Assembly (NCBI GenBank): GCA_951406725.2
Contig: OX597823.1
Location: 91,698,001 to 91,762,000 of the forward strand
Origin: Octopus vulgaris
Taxonomy: Eukaryota
Reading direction: 5' to 3'
Length of the DNA stretch: 64,000 bases
The translations under genes were made by a program, and so were the position numbers. The notes below the pieces were generated by a model. That model made no database searches. It was not told the origin of the DNA and saw only the letters and a program-made list of their open reading frames with translations. Positions 53,857 through 64,000 of this stretch are shown here, piece by piece (position 1 is the stretch's first letter; every line of letters begins with the position of its first letter).

Positions 53857-54088
53857 ATTTCTTTACTACCAACAAGGAGCTAAACACAAAGGGGACAAAG
53901 AAGGACAGACAAACGGATTAAGTCGATTACATCGACCCCAGTGCATAACTGGTACTTAATTTATCGACCCCGAAAGGATGAACGGCAAAATCGATCTCGG
54001 CGGAATTTGAACTCAGAACGTAACGGCAGACGAAATACGGCTACGCATTTCACCCGGCGTGCTAAAGTTTCTGCCAGCTCGCCGCCTT
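53857..54088 (-). mobile_element. SINE family B monomer with 12-bp target-site duplication
   Basis: GACTAAGTATAT at 53845-53856 and 54089-54100. Confidence 0.93.
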
Positions 54089-55194
54089 GACTAAGTATAT
54101 CAATAAGTGACTAAGTATATCAATAGCCCTGAGGCTAATCAAGAAACGCACATTGTACTAAACGTAGGCTGTATGCAAGGAGCAGTTTCCGAAAGAGGTG
54201 AATAATAAATGAATAAATAAATAAATAATTGCTGGATAATGTGTCAAATTCATTACAGCTATTTTCCATCAAATTTTCAATTGATTAATGGAGATATTGT
54301 ATCATTAGAAAAAAACACTTTCGTCAGGTGAATGCATGAACCACAACATTCAAAAACATTCAAATTCCGACGGGATGTGCATCTTTATGATTCTATGACC
54401 TTTACTGGTCATAGAAGGAATTTGTTAATTCAGTTTCGTAGTATTATAGAAGAAAATAACGCGATGTCATGTGTGGGTAGTGGGGGTAACGAAGAAGGAG
54501 ATTAGAGGATGGGGTAGGGGACAATCAGATAGCGAAACATCTCGACCCTACAACTAAGATGGAGTTAGTCTCTTTTACCTGTTAACTCTACTTAACACGC
54601 GGTTTTAGGGTTAAGTACAAAGGGTAAGATCACCCAGTTATTTATATATTTATTTATTTGACTGCCTTTTCTATGCCCCCTTTAAAGCGAGTAGGACCAT
54701 AAAAGAGACAGACAATAAGTCTGAAATTAGAAGAGTGGCGTCCTGTACGGGTCAGTGCCACTGACGTTTATAGCCCCAGGAAGACATCTCTTCCAGCTGG
54801 CTAACGACACACATTCTGTGTCCGATTAGTGTTTGCGAGGGGAGGTCGTCGCTCCCATTTCTAGCCTAACGCAATACGCACGGACTCGAGTTTCTGAGTG
54901 GTTACCCAACCTCAGCATGTGTTATTCACCAGCTAGTGATGAAAACTCGCCCCACTGGCGATTTGTTTTAATAATCATTTGAATATGTTTTAACGTATTT
55001 TATTTAATTTTCCATTTCAGTGTTTGTTTTCAGTTGTTTTTATTAAAACATGTTCGCTCAGATCGACGTAAAGTGGATAGATTAGCTGACGTTGAGGTTT
55101 ATTTCTTAAAAACAAACAAACAAAACGGCGTAAAGTCGAAGAATACGTAAGTTGATGTAAGGTTCATTATTTATATGCTAGTATGTATGTAAAA

Positions 55195-55395
55195 TATTTT
55201 CTACTATAGGAACAAGACTGGAATTTTCGGAAATGAGGCTAGTCGACTTTATCAACCCCGGTGCTTAACTGGTTCTTAATATATCGACTACAAAAGGATA
55301 AAGGTGATGTTGGCGGGATTTAAACTCAGAACCTAAAGACGGATGAAATACCGCTCAGCGTTTTGCCGGGTGTGCTAACGACCCTGCCAACTCTT
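55195..55395 (-). mobile_element. SINE family B, diverged
   Basis: TTTAAACTCAGAACCTAAAGACGGATGAAATACCGC. Confidence 0.8.
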
Positions 55396-55424
55396 CGTCA
55401 TACATATTTATATAATGAAAGATA

Positions 55425-55780
55425 GGCTGGTCAAAGTCTCATGGCCTTAACTTCGGGAGGCGGAGCACCATCGGACATAATTCCTAATTCATGCAATTTA
55501 CGATGTTCTACTGTGGCCATCCATCTTGTACTGCTGGGGAACTTTGGAGTCAGCATTTTGCCCCTTGTGCTCGAGGAGAGGGACCAAGGAGTGCAGCCTA
55601 AGTTGCCATGGGAAAACTTTGGTACAGGGTCGCTACCGACGGACCCATGGACTGGTTTGGAAGATTTTTTCAGACATCCTACGGTGTAAGATTAACCCAT
55701 TTCAAGCAAGATTATCACTTTTATTAAAGCTGGTCAAAGGAAGATGCCAACTGCTAGGTTCTCCTAGCTAGGCCCACTTG
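55425..55780 (+). pseudogene. HERO-clade (R2 group) non-LTR retrotransposon zinc-knuckle fragment
   Basis: SWP*LREAEHHRT*FLIHAIYDVLLWPSILYCWGTLESAFCPLCSRRGTKECSLSC..QGRYRRTH resembles HERO WxxEPxRIKFLIxAVYDVLPSPxNLxxWG..CPLC..GTLEHILSxC..GRYRWRH. Confidence 0.8.
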
Positions 55781-55864
55781 TAAAAGCACAATACTGGGGG
55801 GCGAAAGCCGACCGGGGGTGGGGGGCTGGGAAGCGGAATAGCTGAAGTTTCTAGAAACTGTTGC

Positions 55865-56340
55865 CTCACCATCTCCGCCATCACCACCACCACCACTACC
55901 ACCACCACCACCACCACCACCACCACCACCACCACCACCACCACCACCACCACCACCACCACCACTACCACCACCACAGCAACAACAACAACAATAGCTA
56001 CCACCAACGCCGACACCGTCACTACCACCACCACCACCACCACCACTACCACCACCGCCACCACCACCACCACCACCATTACCATCACAGCTACTACAAC
56101 TTCGATGACGACGATGATTTCCACGACAACCACGACGACCACCACCAAACAGTAACAACAACGGTAAGAGTAGCAACAAGATCAACACCACTACCACTCC
56201 CGTCATCAATGACATCATCAGCATTCCCACCGCCACCACCACAACCACCACCACCACCATCACCACCAATAACAACAACAAAAACAACATTAGCAGCAAT
56301 ACCACCACTACCACCACAACCACCAAGAACAAGAATAAAC
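55865..56340. repeat. (CAC)n-rich compound microsatellite
   Basis: Direct reading. Confidence 0.95.
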
Positions 56341-56569
56341 ATATCCGCTCCATTTTCACCAACGCCTGTCCATCCTAGCCAAAGTGGTAGACCCTTCCTG
56401 CTAGAAATTGCAGCTACCTTTCTCTAAATAAAAATAAATCCTATCGTCTTAGAAAATAATACGTTATGGGTCGCAGCCCTTGATTCCCTATAGGGAAGGT
56501 CAAAACTGGAACGCCTTTGATCATAGATTTCCTTGATTATAACTAACTCAGGAGTAAAACAATAATTTT

Positions 56570-56970
56570 AGGCGCAGGCGTAGCTTCGTGGTAAGAAGCT
56601 TGCTTTCCAATCACATGGATCTGAGTTCAGTCCTGCTGCGTAGCAAGCACCCTGGGCAAATGTCTTCTACAACCTTGGGTCAAACAAAGCCTTGTAAGAG
56701 GATTTGGTAGAGGGGAAACTGAAAGAAGCCCGTCTTATGTGTGTGTGTGTGTGTGTGTGCGTCTTTCTACCTGTTTGTCCCCACCCCTAACCGCTTGGCA
56801 ACAAGTGTTGGTGTGTTTAAATGCCCCTAACTTAGCCGTTCGGCAAAAGAGCCGATGGTTTAAGTACCGGGCTTCAAAGGGAAAATACGGCAAAGAAAAC
56901 GAATAAATAAATCTTCAAGCCGGTGCCCCAGCAAGGCCGCAGTTTAATGACTGAGACAAGTGAAAGAAAA
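56570..56970 (+). mobile_element. SINE family A, full copy
   Basis: GGCGCAGGCGTAGCTTCGTGG head, (TG)n tract, family tail. Confidence 0.88.
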
Positions 56971-57624
56971 CAACAAGTAACAACAATAACAAGAATTAAA
57001 ACATTCCTACTCCACCCCGCATCCCCCAAGTACCGCACCGTACCGCCCGCCCACCCACACCGCTACCTCCTCCGGTGCAGCACCATCCAACGTTTTGTGT
57101 TTGGCACAGATGCTACCTTTCACGGTTCAATTGTTTCCACGTCGAATATTTCGTTCCACTTCATTGATCTCGAAGACGTCTACATCCTCTACTGCCTCCG
57201 CCTTCTCCTCCCTCTCTCCTTCCACCTCTCCCTTTTCCTTCTCCGCTCCTTCTTCCTGTTCCCCTCCTCCTACCAACCCCCATCTCTTTCTCTCTCTCTC
57301 TCCTCATCTTTCCTTTCTTTTGCTACGAACTTCCAGTCAAAAGATTCTTCGCCGTTTTCTTCTTTCTTTATCACCGTCATCAACATCTCTCCCTCTCTCT
57401 CCCCCTCTCTGTCTCTCTCTGTCCCTCTCTCTCTCTCTCCTACTCCTCCGCCTGTTCCTCCCACCCCTTTTCATGTTCCAGACAGATTTGTCTTGTGATT
57501 GAAAACAAGAGAAAACAATTGGGCGAGCAGACAAACGATTGAAAGCAAACGCAAACGTGACAGCAGCAGCAGAAACGGCAGCAACAGCAGCAGCTGCAAC
57601 AGTAATATCTCTACAATAAGCATA

Positions 57625-57649
57625 TGTCATCATCATCGCCACCACCACC

Positions 57650-57680
<31 letters not shown>

Positions 57681-57694
57681 CTACCACCGCCTCC

Positions 57695-57728
<34 letters not shown>

Positions 57729-57982
57729 CCAACACCATCATCCACATCATCACCACCACCGCCACCACCACCGCCACCACCAACACCACCACCACCATCA
57801 TCATCATCTCCACCACCACCATCATCATCATCATCGCCACCACCATCATCCACATCATCACCACCACCACCACCACCATCATCATCGTCACCACCACCAC
57901 CGCCACCACCACCACCACCACCACCACCATCATCATCATCACCACCACCATCATCATCATCATCACCACCACCACCACCACC

Positions 57983-58016
<34 letters not shown>

Positions 58017-58135
58017 TCACCACCACCACCACCATCATCATCACCACCACCGCCACCACCACCACCACCACCATCATCATCATCGTCATTAGCTGCAGCA
58101 GCCGTAGCAGTGGTAGGAGTTGCAGTAACAGTAGC

Positions 58136-58179
<44 letters not shown>

Positions 58180-58270
58180 CAGCAGCAGCATCAATGGTAA
58201 CAACACTAACAGCATCAACAGCCATAGAAGCACCACCAGCAGCACTAACAGCAGCAACACTGCCGTAACA
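57625..58270. repeat. (CAC/CAT)n then (TAG/CAG)n compound microsatellite
   Basis: Direct reading. Confidence 0.95.
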
Positions 58271-59071
58271 CGAGTAGCACCTGCAGCACCAGAAGCAGTA
58301 ATAACTAAATTACAAAACCAGAAAGGAGGGAAAAAAACCAGAAGAAAGGAAGACGAGCTAATGAGAAAATTTTCTACAGGGACACAACTAAAAGAATCAC
58401 AGGAACAATATCATACAGTGCTCCAGCATGGCCGTTGTCAGCAGCAGCAGCAGCAGCAGCAGCAAAAGCAGCAGCGTCTGTTTAGTAGAAATAAGATGAG
58501 CACAAGCTGTGCAGTGGAGTGAATATCGACAACAGGTGCAGCAGAAATAGGAGTAATAACAGTGCAATAATGTGGATATCGTTAACATCATTATCAACCA
58601 CAGCAGCAGCAGTGATGACAACAGCAGCAAGTGTAATAGCGATAGCAGCAGCAGCAGCAACCCTCATCAGCGATCACATCAATAAAGGCGGCAATATTAT
58701 CGCGGCAGCAACGTAAAACATTATTATCGCCAACAGCAACAACGTAATACAAATTAACAGCGAAAGTGCATCGGTGATAATGTTATTTTCGTTGCTTGTC
58801 TAAATGCATCGAAGTGCTGCCGTGTCTATGTTCAGCATTCGCAACTTCCATGGAGGATAGCAACTGCAAAAGTAATGATGGCAAAAGCATAAACAATGAC
58901 ACCGGTGACATCGTCAACGCGAAACACAAACTGCACCGTATAAATATGCATCAAGCTGCAACAGATGCACAACTCCAACTGCAATGTCGACATCGTCATA
59001 GCCGTAGAAATGTAGAAATATTCAACGAGGTTTGATAACTGTTGCATTATCCGTATTCTTATTAGCACCGG

Positions 59072-59490
59072 AAAGCGGCGAGCTGGTAGAAACGTTAGCA
59101 CACCGGGCGAAATGCTTAGTGGTATTTCATCTGCAGCTAAGTTCTGAGTTCAAATTCCGCCGAGATCGACTTTGCCTTTCATCCTTTCGAGGTCGATTAA
59201 ATAAGTGCCAGTTACGCACTGGGGTCGATATAATCGACTTAATCCCTTTGTCTGTCCTTGTTTGTCCTCTCTGTGTTTAGCCCTTTCGGGTAGTAATGAA
59301 ATAGGTATTTCATCTGTCTTTACGTTCTGAGTTCAAATTCCGCCGAGGTCAATTTTGATTTCATCCTTTCGGGGTGGATTAAATAAGTACCAGTTACGCA
59401 CTGGGGTCGATGTAATCAACTTAATTCGTTTGTCTGTCCTTGTTTAAACCTCTGTGTTTAGGCCCTTGTGGGTAGTAAAGAAATAGGTAT
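59072..59490 (+). mobile_element. SINE family B dimer
   Basis: Two tandem units. Confidence 0.92.
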
Positions 59491-59914
59491 TTCCTATAAG
59501 CTGTGTTAATTATGTAACCCTTTAAACTGGAAGATAAGAAAGTTCATTTTCGGTACTTGATGCTTTGGGAACCAGACAAAAATTGCTGCAGCTCGCCTGG
59601 GATGTGTTACCCTACCCTCCATATTCACCAGATATTGCTCCTTCGGATTTCCACTTATTCAGGTCTCTGCAGAACAGTCAGTCTTAATGGTAAAAATTTC
59701 AATTCCTTGGATGACGTAAAAAGATACCTTGATGAATTCTTTGCCATGAAACCACCTCAATTCTGGGAAGAGGGTATTTTCAAGTTAAAGGAAAGATGGA
59801 GACGCATTGTGCAACAAAATGGTTCATATTTAGTTGATTAAAAATGCAATGGCAAGTATTTATTGAGCTTTTTCTTTCCTTTACAAACCGGCACAAAGTT
59901 TCCGGATAACCCAA
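59491..59914 (+). mobile_element. Internally deleted copy of the 39780-41100 mariner
   Basis: Start region EDKKVHFRYLML joined at ~59565 (CTTT microhomology) to the YSPDIAPSDFHLF C-terminus and right TIR AAACCGGCACAAAGTTTCCGGATAACCCAA-TA. Confidence 0.92.
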
Positions 59915-60239
59915 TATTTTAAAGAGTCAGTCTTATTACATTCTGTGTCACGCTGAGCCAACCTGAGAACTATGTTAAGGGTACATGTGTCCTTGGGGTG
60001 CTCAGCCACTTGCTCATTAATTTCATGAGCAAACCCTTCCGCTGATCGGATCAAGGGAAACACTCATCGTTGTTAACGACGGAATGCCAGTTATTATTAG
60101 CAACTATAGAATCATAAAACAACACAACGTGGCCCAGCTGCTGCATCATCTGACAACGGATAACCTATCATCATAAGCCGCATATAATATGCAGAAAGGT
60201 GAGGGTGAAAAGTTGCCACCATTTACTGATGTATGTCGA

Positions 60240-60475
60240 GGTACGTGGCTTAGTGGTCAGGGTAGTGCATTCGTGATCGTAACGTTTTGCTTTCGATTCC
60301 TGGACTGGGCGATACGCTGCGTAGTCAAGCAAGACCCTTCAGTTACGTCGCTCCAGTCCGCTCTGTTCGCAAAAGTGAATAAGGAAGTAGCGTACCAGCG
60401 TTCCGTCCAGATAGTGAGGGGGATGGGGGAAGGAATATTTACGCCACAGAATCAGAGAAACGGGCTCCATGAGGG
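60240..60475 (+). mobile_element. tRNA-derived SINE (family D), diverged
   Basis: TGGCTTAGTGG A box and TTCGATTCC B box. Confidence 0.55.
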
Positions 60476-61200
60476 CTTTTGACCCTGTTTCTTTCTTTTA
60501 CTTTTAATGACTACCTTAAAAGCTGGCGTTCATTCAATATTGCCAGCAACGACAGTAACAGTATCAACGACAAAGCAAGTGCTTTCCTCAGTAAACATAG
60601 AAATATACGGTGGCTTGGTGATCCGCTGTATACTATAGCAACTCATCAGCAGCATTTGTCTTCTGTCTATTACTTGCTTCAGTAGTTGGACTGCGACCAT
60701 AGTAGGGCATCGGCTTTAGGGGTTTTAGTCGAGCACATCGACTCCAGACACACACACACACGCGCACACGACTCCGTCTACGAAATCCACTCACAAGACT
60801 AGTCGGCCCGAGGCTATAGTAGAAGACACTTGCCCAAGGTGCCATGCAGTGGAACTGAACCTGGAACCATGCTTAGGAATCTCGCTATCTTTCATGCATA
60901 CATCTAGAGAAATTAGGCTTCTCAAATCCGGAATGGTAAAAGCTGATTCGAAGACTACAGATCCAAGCCGTCACCGGAATTGTAAAAAATTAAGTGTATA
61001 TGAGCATGATTAGATATGCAAGTGTATCCACGAGAAGACATACATAAAGCAAAACATACAAATCTGCACATATACATACATACATGCATGCATACATACA
61101 AACATACATACACACATACAAACATGCATACATAAAAACATATATATATGTGTGTGTGTATGCGTGTGTGTGTGTTTTTGTGTGTGCGTGCGTGTATATG

Positions 61201-61238
<38 letters not shown>

Positions 61239-62406
61239 GTATATACGTACATGTTTACACACATAAATATACATATACACATATATATATATGTATATAT
61301 ATATAAATGTATATATATAAATGTATATATGCATATATATGTATATATATATGCATGTATATTTGTATATATATATTTGTGTGTACCTATGTATATATAT
61401 GTATATATATATATATATGCATGTATATGTGTGTGTATATATATATATATATAAGAAAAGATGTGCTGATGGCAGTGCGAATGTTGGTTAAACGACGCAG
61501 GGTTGTCTCGAAGAAATATGTTTTAGAAAATAAATCTTGCGATATCAGAACGTCACGGATGAAACGGCAATACTCCTATGTAGTGTTAAGTGTTTCCCCC
61601 AAAATACATGCACAAATACAACGAAAGACTAGGGGAAAAAAATCCACGAAACTGTATGTAACATACACAACAGCAGTGACAATAACGAAAGAAACATTAA
61701 CAGTAATAAGCATAGAAATACGAAGTGATATGATTATTATCTGGCTTATTGATGTCACAGTTCTACACTACCATACACAACAACGGCATAAAAAACACTT
61801 TTATGGAGCTAAATGAGAATTTCATCACGTACGCCGTTAATGTCATAATAATTGGGGGAAACATTTTTATTACGACAACACAAGGTATTTCATATCCCGA
61901 TAAGGCTGAACGTATCGAGAAGAAAGAAGGGATTATAACATGCGTAATAATAGCATGTATCCAGAAATAAGATACGAAAAAACAGTATAAGTATTACATA
62001 ATAGAGGAAATTAGATAAGCTAGATATACGGGAGATGGAAATAAAATAGGAGAAAGGGGAACGATGTACCATAACATAGCAAAAACATACACACTCCCTC
62101 AAAAACCTATGCGCACTGACACATACGTGCATACATACATACATACACTAAAACACGCATTTATATATGTACGTGTGTGTGTGTGTGTGTATTTATGAAC
62201 AAATATATATTTAGGTAGATAGTTAAATAGATAAATAGATGAATGAATATAAGCAACCATGCGCTGTGTTACCATAAAGGAAAATATAATTGTCACTAAA
62301 TGCATTTAGTGACAATTATATATATATATATATATACACATATATATATATAATGTATGTGTGTATCTGTCTGTCTATCTCTATATCTACTTATTTCTCC
62401 CTCTAT

Positions 62407-62501
<95 letters not shown>

Positions 62502-63183
62502 CGTACGTACGTACGTACCTACCAACCTACCTACCTAACCACCTATTTATCTACCTACTGTCTGTCTGTCAGACTAATTGACTGTCTGTCTGTCTATCTA
62601 TAAACATCTAAGAATCCATGTCACGAAAAAATATGCACTCGTATAAATGTCAATGGAGTGAATATATTAATCAAAGTATATAGTATTACAGATCCACTAC
62701 CGCTGATCTTATCATTCGGTTTCGCGCCGGATATTAGGTAATCGGATGATAATCTAATAACCACGCTCCTCGGAGATGGCAAAGACACAGAGATACAGAA
62801 GAGAGTGGAACCGAAAAAAGAAAGTGCTTAGTTGTCTTTTGACTGTTTTCTTTGACATATAAAGCCACTACAGTTGCAAATATTCTCATCTATTAACCAA
62901 TTAAAAATTCTTTTTTAATCCTCTTTAACTTAGATGTGTCCATTTCAAGATATATAAGAAACTTTAAATGGTGTGGAGCTTGGTAAAGCACTTAATTATT
63001 GCAACTTCAATTGAATGTGTTTAGTGATACTTCCGATTGTTCACCTACTCGTTTGTGTGTGCGTGTGCGTGTGTGTGTGTGTGTGTGTATGTGTGTGTGT
63101 GTGTTGTGTGTACGTGTGTGTGTGTATGTATGTGCATATGTGTGTAAGTATGTGTGCGTATGCGTGTGCGTGTGTGTGAGTAT

Positions 63184-63222
<39 letters not shown>

Positions 63223-63228
<6 letters not shown>

Positions 63229-63337
63229 TATATGAAAGAATGGAGTTGAACGACTAGTTAACAAATATCCTTTATTCTCTGAGAATAAAGGATATTTGTT
63301 AACTAGTCGTTCAACTCCATTCTTTCATATACTTATA
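63223..63337. repeat. Perfect 57-bp inverted repeat with 1-nt spacer
   Basis: 63223-63279 is the exact reverse complement of 63281-63337. Confidence 0.95.
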
Positions 63338-63488
63338 ATTTTTAAAATAAACATACAAATTTCCGCACGAAGACACGTAGTCTATGCCCTAGGGACGTAG
63401 CTTCAACCGTGTTCTTTCTGATGTGAATTTGCTACCCAGGTATCGGTTATCTTTCGAATTATCCTTAATAAGATAATTCATTCAATTA

Positions 63489-63558
<70 letters not shown>

Positions 63559-63648
63559 TATACATATATATATACATATATATATACATATATTTATATA
63601 TATACATATATATATATATAAAATGTACGTATATATATATATATATAT

Positions 63649-64000
63649 AGGCGCAGGAGTGGCTGTGTGGTAAGTAGCTTGTTTACCAAGCACATGGATC
63701 CGGGTTCAGTCCCACTGCGTGGCACCTTGGGCAAGTGTCTTCTACTATAGCCTCGGGCCGACCAATGCCTTGTGAGTGGATTTGGTAGACGGAAACTGAA
63801 AGAAGCCCGTCGTATATATGTATATATATATGCGTGTGCGTGTTTGTGTGTCTGTGTTTGTCCCCCTAGCATTGCTTGACAACCGATGCTGGTGTGTTTA
63901 TGTCCCCGTTACTTAGCGGTTCGGCAAAAGAGACCGATAGAATAAGTACTGGGCTTACAAAAGAATAAATCCCGGGGTCGAGTTGCTCGATTAAAGGTGG
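63649..64000 (+). mobile_element. SINE family A, young near-full copy (runs off the window end)
   Basis: GGCGCAGGAGTGGCTGTGTGGTAAG...GGTTCAGTCCC..GTGGCACCTTGGGCAAGTG...; used as the family reference. Confidence 0.93.

Noticed and set aside
57337-58268. His-rich, Pro/Ser extensin-like and Gly/Asp-rich ORFs
   Set aside because: All are frames of a single (CAC/CAT)n tract; no unique coding flanks or splice support.

Overview
AT-rich, repeat-saturated eukaryotic intergenic/intronic DNA. The SINE families and microsatellite load point to an octopus (coleoid cephalopod) genome; this is recognition from memory, not a database result. I found no intact protein-coding gene. Almost all ORFs in the track are microsatellite read-throughs ((TA)n, (CA)n, (TCTA)n, (TAA)n, (CAT/CAC)n). 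The real coding remnants are transposon fossils: a full-length but frameshifted mariner (39780-41100) plus a deleted sister copy, other Tc1/mariner fragments, and RTE, RTE-X, Dong/R4, HERO and Penelope (GIY-YIG) fragments. At least three tRNA-derived SINE families occur in many copies. The main hidden signal is a dense set of about 10 type I hammerhead ribozyme (HHR) motifs from several unrelated short repeat families, mostly in (TA)n or (TAA)n tracts, together with near-perfect fold-back palindromes. One motif looks fully intact (49889-49973, minus strand). A 57-bp perfect palindrome at 63223-63337 folds exactly at that ribozyme's predicted GUC cleavage site. A second family joins a tRNA-like Pol III head, a (TAA)n spacer and a minimal hammerhead (a SINE/retrozyme hybrid), and folds back at its predicted transcription start. 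Together these suggest non-autonomous, ribozyme-processed RNAs copied by a Penelope-like reverse transcriptase that snaps back at RNA 5' ends. That model is inference and needs testing. All coordinates and alignments were read by eye.
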